A DNA stretch of 58,305 nt, the filler included, from Sphacelaria rigidula (Eukaryota), in assembly GCA_964200075.2 (NCBI GenBank). It is 9 parts of 9 records of this genome, joined end to end, with 100 filler letters (N's around TTAATTAATTAA, not from the genome) between each part and the next. Parts side by side here need not be neighbours in the genome. Positions count along the whole stretch, not along the records: positions 45,428 to 51,816 come from CAXNAA020020377.1; positions 51,917 to 58,305 come from CAXNAA020020378.1; 7 more parts are not named here. The stretch is one strand, 5' to 3'. Positions 48,501 to 58,305 of the stretch are shown piece by piece (position 1 is the first letter of the stretch; the number at the start of each line of letters is the position of its first letter). Position numbers and translations under genes: made by a program. The notes beneath the pieces are model-generated. The model was not told where the DNA came from. It saw only the letters and a list, made by a program, of their open reading frames with translations, and searched no databases.

Positions 48501-50239
48501 CTTTATGTATTGCCTCCAACATCCACTACCAGAGTTGAAAGCACCGCCAGTTTTCTGACACTCGAAAATGAAATTTAGTACGTGTTTTGTGCGTGCACGT
48601 GAGATGTTGAGCCAAACGTGAAAAAATATGAACGCCATATCCCGAGGGAAGTAAAGAAGTTAGGTGCAGGCGCGGGTATCGATCCTTCGCACGTGCTGCA
48701 GGAAACAATTAACGCCAACAGTCATCACTCGCTATTCGCGCCGATAGTGGTTCCGAATAACTTGAGTTACATTCCATCTCCGCACGTATGTAGCGTTACG
48801 CCAAGAAGAGAAATCAAGATTGTTTGTGCTCGCCGCTTACTCAAGACATTGTGTAGGATTAAAAGCAATAGCCATTCCACACAATTAACTTGGATGTGGA
48901 GATCTTCCGCACGAGAACTGGGAGGGCTTAGATCCGCTTTCAGGCTGGCCCAGCTCGTCCAGCCATTTCGGTCTAAATCAGGAGGATATCTATGGCGTAT
49001 TGTCGGACTCGGCGATCTTCGACAGCTTTCCTAGCGTGTCGTAGTTCATCACACTGAACGCTCGACCTCAGGGTGTGGGGACAATGCCCAGTATTTGCTC
49101 CAAGGGAATGATCGTGATTGTCTAAAACGAACGAAAACGCCAAAATGTGAAAACCCGGGGCTGCATAGTCGTAGGACAGCCCATAGGTCGTCCGATATTG
49201 TACATCGATGATCCTCATTACGGTATGTTGCGCAAATATACCCTGATCCCCAATCTTTGGGAGGAATCGTGCACTGCGACAGGCGGTCGCACGCGAGGAA
49301 GACCTGTTGGAAATCGACGACGGCGAAAAAAACGATGAAGAAAAAAGCGATTTAAGTGGAACCGACTCTGTTTCATACGATGTACCGTGCGTGCAATTTC
49401 CGTCTTGAGGATAAACGCTCATCTTCAAATGCCCCAATATGAAACACGTGGGGGTTATTATGCACAAATTCTGCAAACCAGCCCCGATTCCTTGGTAATT
49501 TCTTGCGCATGACAGCTCGCCACTTGAACATCTACCGTAGCAAATGCGACGTGCTCCGAGTTTTCGGTAGCCGAGATAGATATCCGGTGGCTGTCGTGCC
49601 ACTTCTGAAACGTATGAGTTACCCCTAGTGGTCACGGTGTATCCCACACGCATGCCCTACACACACAGCTGTCACCAAAAGTTCACAGACACACTAATTT
49701 AGCGACACGTCAGCAAACAAGGCACACCACGCTAACCCTAACCACAGACGCGAATCAAGCGCGGCCATGCGTACATTCGTCGTGGATGCACCTTACATCG
49801 CCGTACTCTTCACACTATCGAGAAGACAAAAAAAAAAGTCACCATACATAGGGTTCCCCCTACCGTTGCGAACCTACGTCGACATCCACGGCTTCCATGG
49901 CCGATGCTGCCCGGACGTCGTCGAAATTCTCCAACACTTCACTGCCCTCCCCAGGAGTAACAATCCCCGTGTGATGAAGCTGCGCTCATGGGCGTACTTT
50001 TTGGGCCTTCCTCTGAACCTTCAGGCTACCCACCACCGCCTGGGTGAAGTCCCTCAACAGGCCGACTGTGAGCTTCCCGAAGAACACCTCAGTCAACTTC
50101 ACCGCAAGCAGAGCTGCCTTCGCGCCAGCGCGATTCTGTTAGTGCCACCCGAAGCACCACCGCCAGCCCTGTTCGCAGGCGGCGCTTCAGGCTTGGCGGC
50201 AACGGGGGCGGGCTTCACCGTTGCACGCAGAGCCTGCCG

Positions 50240-50562
50240 CGTGGCTTTCTCTCTCCTAATCGCCTGCAATAATCGGTGAATCGCACGTTGTAAAACGCCT
50301 GCAGGAAGAAGTCGTACGCTGCTTGCTCAGCACCAGGGTCCTAGTTCCACTCCGGTTTGGCACGAACCCACTGCTGCAGAATATATGGTTTCGAAAAAGC
50401 ATGGCAGTACCCGGTGTCCCAATGCTGCACCAGTGTGTAAAATTCCCCACCGCGCGCCGAAGAACTTGCGCGATCCCCCCTCAGTTTCAACGCACCCATG
50501 CGGTACCCGAACTCGACCATGTTGACATCCTCGATGGTAGTAATCAGCTTGTCGTTCGTGGC
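50240..50562 (-). pseudogene. Coding-like exon remnant of unknown family with one in-frame TAG
   Basis: TCTTCCAG| ATNDKLITTIEDVNMVEFGYRMG...WVRAKPEWN*DPGAEQAAYDFFLQAFYNVRFTDY; protein-like composition continues across the stop at 50341-50343. Confidence 0.35.
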
Positions 50563-51951
50563 CTGGAAGACGCCAACACATGGTTAGACACGAGGGTGGG
50601 GCGCGGGTAACGGATATGTCCAGTTAGTATTGGAGCACACAAAGACAGGAGAGGTGGACCATGAGGACAGCGCCGGCATCAGGCGAAACCACGATCGCCA
50701 AAGAGCGAGGTTGTATGGGCCCACTGCCTTCGGTTTGTGTTACGGCAAAGCCAGGGAAGAAGCATACTAATTGGAACTTGCCTGCTGGGTGAATAGATGG
50801 AAGATCGCCGAGGCCTGCTTCGCTCTTGGGGTTGGGTGGTCAGCGCCGGAGTTATGGAAATGGGCTGACGCCGCCGCCTTTACCGTCGGCTGGATGACAA
50901 ACGCTGACATCTCTTCATGGCGTCCGTTTTGGCGCTACTTCGTGAATCTCGACGCTCGTGTTGAGTTGGCGGGACCCCTCATAACGGTCCGCCGTGATGC
51001 AATAAGTTTATGCCAGATACGTCGAATCTTTCAGGGAGTTGCGGCAAGGCCCAGCACGGCTGTCGCTAGGGGTAGCAACCGCTGGATGTCTTCCGCACAA
51101 CGTTCGCGCACTTTCCTTATCACTGTGTCGTACCGTGGCCCACGACAGGGAGGTTCCGAATATTTTTGTCGATGATCATCTTGAACTCCTCACAGGACTT
51201 CAACAACGGTGTGCGTGGACGAGAATACAGTACGCCGATAAGTTCCGGTGCCGTCATGGGCGACCCCGTGGGCAACAAGTGCCGTAAGCGAAAACCTGGA
51301 GGGGTAAATTTGCCGTTGGCGGGTGAACACAACAGGCAGGATAATCTACCAATGCATGCCGATAATCACGGATCCTCGCCACGGACCAAATGACCTGCAC
51401 GAGTGCAGCACGTGATGTGAACTCATGGATATTGGTACCGCCGGGTATACCGTAAAACGGAGACCTGGGGTTGTACCAAAACGAATTAAATCGAATGCAG
51501 GTGGCTCGACTTATCGAATGTGGAGAAGTTTTCTTCGCACATTTCATCCCCCGGGGCTACGAGCTGGGCCAGCCAACAACAGGTGGTTTTCTCACTCAGG
51601 GGACGCACGGCGCGATATTTGGAGTTGGACGCTGAAATTTCGACGGCAGCTTTTAACAGAGGATTCTAAAAAATGAGGTTCATCAATAAAATGAGGTTCG
51701 AACTCAAAACAGTACTTTCTCCACGCTTTCAGCGGCTTTCAGGGATGGTGCCCAATGACTTTCTTGTCGGCCTAATGCCCCTCGATCGCGTAGATACTTC
51801 TTCAGCGCATTTTACCNNNNNNNNNNNNNNNNNNNNNNNNNNNNNNNNNNNNNNNNNNNNTTAATTAATTAANNNNNNNNNNNNNNNNNNNNNNNNNNNN
51901 NNNNNNNNNNNNNNNNATAAAGAAATGCGGGGGACGTCTGCCGCAAGGGGG

Positions 51952-52019
<68 letters not shown>

Positions 52020-52562
52020 TATGTCGGGAAAACGGGTATTTAATTACTTCTCAGGTGCAGGCAACCCACCATCCGTTATCATCATCATCGTCATCATCAC
52101 GACCGATCACACTATCAACCGTACTGGGGTCGCACGCATCGTTGTCACGGAGTGTCTAAAATAGAATCACTACTGCTGTGCGGGCTGTTGTGTGTGTGTC
52201 ATAATCCGTGCGTGTGTCATACTCCAGTGTGTGTGTCATGCCCTGCAGCAAGTTCATGCACCCTTCAAGGAAAGCATAGTACCACTGGTACAATTACTAC
52301 TGCTGCTGCTGCTGCTGCTGCTACTGCCACCACCACTACTATTACCACAAGTGTTCAGATAATTTGAGTCCATGTCTTGCGACGGAACTTAATATGCAAT
52401 CATCACTGGGTGTATTTCTATGTATATTAATACATTGTGCGGTTGAAGCCCTTTTCCCCTTCCCCTATGATGAAGCTCTAGACGCTGTGCACGACTTGTT
52501 GAGCCACGTTGATTTATTGACGCGGCGTTCGTGTTACAGCCGCTGCTGGTCTACTCACTCAC

Positions 52563-52656
52563 CCTGCTGGTACTGATCGTGGGAGATGTGCCCGCGAGAC
52601 GTGGGATCAAACAGAGAGAACATTGCGTCAATGTCCTGTTCGGTGAAGAACGTCGT
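52563..52656 (-). CDS. EFCAB10: EFCAB10-like protein, EF-hand exon (TTFFTEQDIDAMFSLFDPTSRGHISHDQYQQ)
   Basis: EF-hand-like MF..FD....G.IS..QY; CTCCGCAG| ... G|GTGAGT; phase 0 join with 54451-54552. Confidence 0.8.
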
Positions 52657-52848
52657 CTGCGGAGGAGTAGTAGCAGTGGGGTATAGCGGTGATTGTTGAA
52701 CGCAACAGGCGAACGGTCATACCTTCCCGGATGCACAACAGTGTTAACTCGGCAGACTAATGTAAACAAGCGGGTTTGTACAGAAAATGGCGACGCGCAT
52801 GCGTCATGTCAAGTGTGTTTTGAGGAGTACCTATCGACTTAAGTCTTT

Positions 52849-53002
52849 CCTTTTGACAGCGATGATCTGTGGTTATCTGCCCCCGGTGTAGCACCAGTAC
52901 ATTAATATCATGTCACAAATGTTCTCCTTTTGACAGCGATGGTTGGTGGTTCTCTTCCCCTCCGGTGTATACCAGTACATGAAGATAATGTCAAAAATGT
53001 TC
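52849..53002. repeat. Two-copy ~77-bp tandem duplication in intron
   Basis: CCTTTTGACAGCGAT...CCGGTGTA..CCAGTACAT..ATGTCA.AAATGTTC occurs twice. Confidence 0.8.
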
Positions 53003-54450
53003 GTCTTCGCGTACCGTACACGCGATGATGAACTCAGAATGGCCGAATGTACTGGGAGGGCGATGAAATTGAAAGTATTTGGGGGGGGGAGAGCGGGCGT
53101 TCTGGGTAGTGTGACGGAGTCAAATGTTCCTGGCTCGCGATACGCCCCACCAACTTGCTGGACCATTTTGAGAGAAGAACTAGTAAACCGATCCTGAAGG
53201 CTAGCTGTCGTTTTGCGCCATTTCTATACGAGAGGTTCAACGCCATTCATGAGCTAATCTACGACGTTCAAAGCTGGAAATATCTCACTGTCTAGACCGC
53301 CCCTCAACCATAGGATAAAAGAGATCGTGACGCAAGCGTTGGAGTGCAAAGGGCAGTCTCGCTGGGGAAGCGACTGATGAGTCACAGCAGAGCCTGTGCG
53401 AGGAGCTCCTCAATCTGTGCGACAAGTCGCTAAATTATATATGCGAGTACGAGTATTTGTTTTTGTAAACTTTGACCTATTTTTTTGGCACAGAAATTTT
53501 ACACAAGAACAAGAACCAGGACACTACAGAAACACAAGTGTTGTAAACAGTCACTGATACGCCCCCACCTCCACCCACCCCTCCTCCGTCCCTTAGCTTC
53601 ATCGCCGCGGTGGTTCTCCGCGCATGTTGGGGGGTGCCAAGTTTGTCTATGCTACACCAACATCAACTGCGCAACGAATAATCGCGGGCAGCACCCACCA
53701 CTGAATAGGTACATTTGACTACACCAAGTAGGGAAGCAAAGCCATCCTGGCTTGAGCAGGATTGCAGCAGGCAAATTTTTCAACATTTGACTGCGAGAAA
53801 AAGAAAGCAATAAAGGTCGGCGACTGGTTGGCCGGCTGCATCCCAGCAGCAGCCTCAAATTGAATCGGGAAAATCCCAGGAATTAAAAAAAAATCAAGCC
53901 CTTCCCACACGCCCATATTCAAGCGCAGGTTACGTGTTTCTTCAACAGACAGGGATGCCTCACGACGTGTAAACAGTTCGCGAGCGATGCAATACGAGAA
54001 ACGGGGATGTAACCATGCACATTGTAGACCGGGTGAAAGAACGGCGCAGATTTTAGGCTTCGCCGAGGCCTTGAGGACGTGTATGTTCTTCACCCTTCCT
54101 GAAAAGTCAGGGGGTGGGAACGGGAGCGACCTTCCCACAATTTGGATGGAAAACGTTCCCAGAACCAACCTCAACGTACTTTGGTATAGCACCTACACTA
54201 CACTAGTGAGGGAGGGTTTGCAGCAAATAGTCGAGGTTTTACTCTAAATACATGTATGCATGCGTGTGTGTTGAGCTTAGGGCAAGTTTCCAAGGCTCGG
54301 TCGGACGTCGGTTAACGGGGTGACGTGGAACGTGGCATGTACACGGCGTACACAGAGAATGAGCATGCAAAACATGTTACTGCTCTGTCGTATGTGTAAC
54401 ACATACACACACATACTGGTGCGGTGCCTATGTATACACATAATACGCAC

Positions 54451-54552
54451 GGGAGTTCCATCCAGCTTTGCTTTTCGGAGGGTAGCCAGGACTTCGAGCA
54501 GAAACTTGTTCGGGTCCTTTGGCCTGTGGTACATTACTCGAGTGCCCAATTC
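54451..54552 (-). CDS. EFCAB10: EFCAB10-like protein, dimerisation/docking (RIIa/Dpy-30-like) exon (ELGTRVMYHRPKDPNKFLLEVLATLRKAK)
   Basis: RP.DP..FL...L docking-domain motif; ATTGCAG| ... |GTGCGT; 102 nt. Confidence 0.8.
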
Positions 54553-56480
54553 CTGCAATGACGCGAAATGGACGGGGGAGCAACATCATCAGCATACAAG
54601 ACCCACGGGGGACAAATGTTGCACGCGTTTCCGAGTCGGTTGGGAGAGTCAACGTCCGCGGCAATACCCCTCCTTGCCGCCCCGGCTGGTTCCAAAAAGC
54701 GAAAGGAAATCATTGCGTGCCTGTTCTTCACGTTTTTGCCAGGTCGGGAGTAAGGCGGCACCATACATGTAATGGTTGAAATTCTGAAATAATTTATAAG
54801 TTCGCTGAGCGTTTGCTTCCCAGGAACGAACGCGTATGCCGTACGGATGGCGATATTAGACAGCATGCTACGTACAGGGACGCTCGTTTCTTCAGGTGGC
54901 TAAAACAAACGCACACGTAAAGGATAGACTTACTGCTGCCTGGAAGGAGTTGTTGAGTGAAATTTGTGTGGCAAGAGCGAAAAATAGGAAGGAATGGCAC
55001 CGGGGCTTTCCACGTGGTGCCCATCATGCCACTAACCCTGGCGCGACGCTGCTTTGTTTCAAAGAGAGCACACGACTCCTGACGATGCAATCGGCTCGGT
55101 GGTAAAACCGCTCCCCAGATGGTCTACATCACGAGACTTGCATATTCTTCGCATGAACCACGGTGTGGAACTGGGTCAATCATCATCTGAGGCGCGGCCT
55201 ATCGCGACCGAACCTCCCGCCATTCTGTGGTTCTCGATTATCCAAGCAGTCAATCCAAGCGCTCAATGAGCGGGAATCGATGGCAGGAGACAATGGCGGA
55301 TGTTCGACCAAGTTCCACTTTTCACCATTCGTAAGTACCAATTATTAAAATCAACGGCTCAAATGATTTCCGGTGCGCACTTGATTACTTCAAATAACGG
55401 TGGTTGCGATGTGGCGTGTTCTTGCATCAATTTGCCAAATTCAGACCGGGCACCAGTGTTGATCCTGACCGTTCGGTTTCCGTCTTTCTACTATTTTTAT
55501 TTCCCGATCTTCGTTTTTCTAACGGGCAAAAAGGACCTCGGATGATGAAGGTCGTGCGTGTGTGGCCTGACTCCGCACACGCTATACTACTGCTAAAGGT
55601 ACCTTCGATCACGTTTTGAGAGGCCTATCTCAATGGGAAAAAGTCCTCCAATTTTGCAGTCGACGCTCTTACAATACAGTGACCGGTTTGGGTAGACTAC
55701 CGTTTGTCTGGTGTGACGAATAATATTGTCCTGAATACTTGAGCAGTACAGTAGTAGAGCAGGAGAGCACTCTGTTGCTGTACACCATAGTAACTCTCGA
55801 GGTTAGCTGCTTTATGTAGCCCGTAGCGTCGACCGCTCGTTGATTTCTGGGGGCGTGCCTTCGGTGCCATGAACCCTGGCGCAATACTGCCGATGTGTCC
55901 GTATAGTACACAAATACGGCCCTGCAAAACAAATATGCCTCTGCATTATTCCACTTTCTCTTGCACCTTCTACCAAGGCTTGGTCAGGCGGCCAATTTTT
56001 GCCAGGTCACTCTCCAACGCACACCTACATCAGAATGCAGCACAGCTGCACCTATTCCTTCACAGCGCCTTTCGACTACTCTGTGGACGAATCCCCTGTG
56101 ACAGTACAGTATTGTACGACGTATAGGTATACAACACGAGTACAGCACAGCAAGCAAGGCCATGCTAAAAAAATCTGGACCCTCACCTCCATCACCCCCC
56201 CCCCCTTCTTGAATGGCCAAATATTGTTGGTCGCCGGTTTTTCTAGAATTTTCCAGGACCGGGGACGAATTTGATGAGTTGACAACTTGTTTCGGAGGAT
56301 CTGATCTACCGTTCCAAGATGAAACGCGCTGTGGTCCTTCGATTGTGATGGACTACATTACATTGCGGCATCTGCGACCTTACCGTACAACAGCACAATT
56401 GCTTGCGCATGCATGCAGCGAGAACCAGGCCGGGAAATAGGTGATGGGGTTGTTGTATACGCTACGTATAATCGATCTAA

Positions 56481-57300
56481 GGGCGTGTCTTGGCACTTTT
56501 TTTTCGAGCGAAAAAGTGCGGTCGATTATTTTTTGCGGATCTGATAGGTCCATCGTATTCATGTTCCTAGAAGACTTCAAGTCAAAATTATGATTAGCGG
56601 CACGCGGAGAACAACTATCTGGCACAAAAATAGTACTTTTCGATCGAAAACATGCGGTTGAAAGGCACGACGCGGCACTTGACTCCTATCTTACAGACCA
56701 CCACGCCAGATAACAGCTGTTCACAGGACCATGCAAACGCCCTCCAACTCATTCTCAGCTACCACCGCAGCCCTGCAGCATAGAGCATGAGTTAAGCACA
56801 GGGATAGATACACTGCAGTAGTTGAATATGCTTCGTTCATTTTTTGTTGGCGAGGACTTGCACATCTTCTTTCACGGTAGGGATCAGCGACGGAACTGCG
56901 TGGTACGGTGGGCAACCGAGTTGCGTGCACGCTCATGGACAGTGCAGGCAGTACAAAGCTGCGCGTTTCTGAAGTATTTTTCACGTCGCATTGTAAGTAG
57001 AGAGACCTGATAGTCCTGGGCTGTCTGCACTGCACGTTGCCCCCTTCTTTTCAAAACCCTCCTGTACTAAACACGCACACACGCACTCAAGACACCCTGC
57101 TTGCAAGCAGTGCAGACAGTACAGACTGTCTGTACTGTACACGAGTGACCATGTGCCGTTTCACGAAATTCACTGTTATTTTTCGATCGAAAGCTTGAAA
57201 ATTAGCTTGGACTCAACGCGAGAAAAATGAGAGAATTTCGCTCAAATCGTTCCACCGCTCCATTTTTTCGATCGAAAAAAAAAAATGCCAAGACACGCCC
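56481..57300. mobile_element. PIF/Harbinger-type (Tourist-like) non-autonomous element, 820 bp
   Basis: TAA|GGGCGTGTCTTGGCA...TGCCAAGACACGCCC|TAA: perfect 15-bp TIR with ~35 bp imperfect extension and TAA target-site duplication. Confidence 0.9.
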
Positions 57301-57322
57301 TAACGGAGCAGAACACTCACGT

Positions 57323-57783
57323 CAGCTAGTCTAAGATCAAGTGATTGGGCTCGCCTTCACTCAGTTCGAGCAAATTGCCCCCCTACTCTCAATATATTAA
57401 CCTACTGTCTCAACTATTCTAATATCAAGTGACTTGGTCCACTCATACTTGGTTCAAGTAACTTGCCTCAGCTGGTCTAAAATCAAATGATTTGGTTCAC
57501 TCATACTTGGTTTAAGTAATTTTTGTCGGCTATTCTAGTTTCAAGTGATTTTGTTCACCTATAATTCGTTCATGTAGCTTGCCTCAGCTAGTCTAAGATC
57601 AAGTCACTCGGTTCATCAATGCTTGATTCAAGTACCATGCCCCCGCTGGTCCGAGGTGGCTTGGTTCACATATACTCAGTCCCAGTAAAGCGCCTCAGTT
57701 AGTCTAGATTAAAGTGATGTGGTCCACGAATACTCACTTCCAGTAACTTGCCTCCCCCTGTCTAAAATCAAGTAACTCGTTTC
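57323..57783. repeat. Degenerate 58-bp minisatellite, ~8 units, with ~29-bp sub-periodicity
   Basis: Consensus CAGCTAGTCTAAGATCAAGTGA(T/C)TTGGTTCACTCATACTTGGTTCAAGTAACTTGCCT. Confidence 0.85.
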
Positions 57784-57949
57784 GTATAGGAATCAGTGTG
57801 GAAGTAGATTTATATAGGGTTCACCAACGCTCCCACCCCAGCCTACCCCACCCCCCCTGGAGTGCCGAAATTTGAATAAAATTAGGTGAGGGCTTGAGAT
57901 CCACTTTTATGGCAACGAATCTCGATTTGTACAAATATGAGGATTTCCG

Positions 57950-58305
57950 CCCGTCTACAGGCGATTTTCTCCCGTGGATTGATTTTTCGGCCCCCAACCC
58001 GTTGGGCAATGTTTTTTGGCTAGCTGTGAGGAAACCAGATCAATTATCCGATTCTCTGGACGTTGATTTTTGGTTCACCACCTTTCTGTCCAGATCGGGA
58101 CACTCCCACATCTCCCCCGATTTTTTTGAAAAAGTCGGGGGAGATGCGGGAGTTTCTCAATTTCAGCAGAACGGTCGTGTATCGAAAGTCAACGCCCAGA
58201 AAATCGGAGAATTGATCTGGTTTGCTCACAGCTAGCCGACAAACATTGCCCAACGGACTGGGGTCCGAAAAATCAATCTACGGGATAAAATCGCCTGTAG
58301 ACGGG
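57950..58305. repeat. 356-bp foldback palindrome running to the contig end
   Basis: CCCGTCTACAGGCGATTTT... pairs with ...AAAATCGCCTGTAGACGGG; centre TCTCCCCCGATTTTTTTGAAAAAGTCGGGGGAGA near 58127. Confidence 0.9.

Noticed and set aside
6435..51872. Regularly spaced TTAATTAATTAA repeats as a CRISPR-like or periodic array
   Set aside because: They are embedded in N runs and are a synthetic six-frame stop linker.

Overview
This is eukaryotic, intron-rich, repeat-rich genomic DNA, most likely from a brown alga (Phaeophyceae). That assignment is an inference from intron style, flagellar genes and repeat families. The window is not one locus: it is nine unrelated, length-sorted contigs (4 x 6390 bp, 5 x 6389 bp) joined by 100-bp N44-TTAATTAATTAA-N44 linkers. 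Gene fragments were reconstructed by hand from splice sites and phase: a kinesin motor/neck (3 exons, +), a CHD-type chromatin remodeller C-terminal region (5 exons, -), IFT80 (3 exons, +, one GC-AG intron), an EFCAB10-like protein (2 exons, -) and an unidentified two-exon fragment (-). The most notable feature is a 3.7-kb terminal exon (13118-16819). It begins like the C-terminal half of the GT8 sphingolipid glucuronosyltransferase IPUT1, but has a degenerate KPW motif. It then continues for about 900 extra residues with many TM helices and a three-repeat, 6-Cys beta-trefoil-like domain. The rest is a dense set of mobile elements: poly-C-associated LINE 3' ends, tRNA-Lys-derived SINEs, Stowaway-TIR mariner deletion derivatives, a Harbinger-type MITE, foldback palindromes and satellites. 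All homology calls come from recalled motifs, not database searches.
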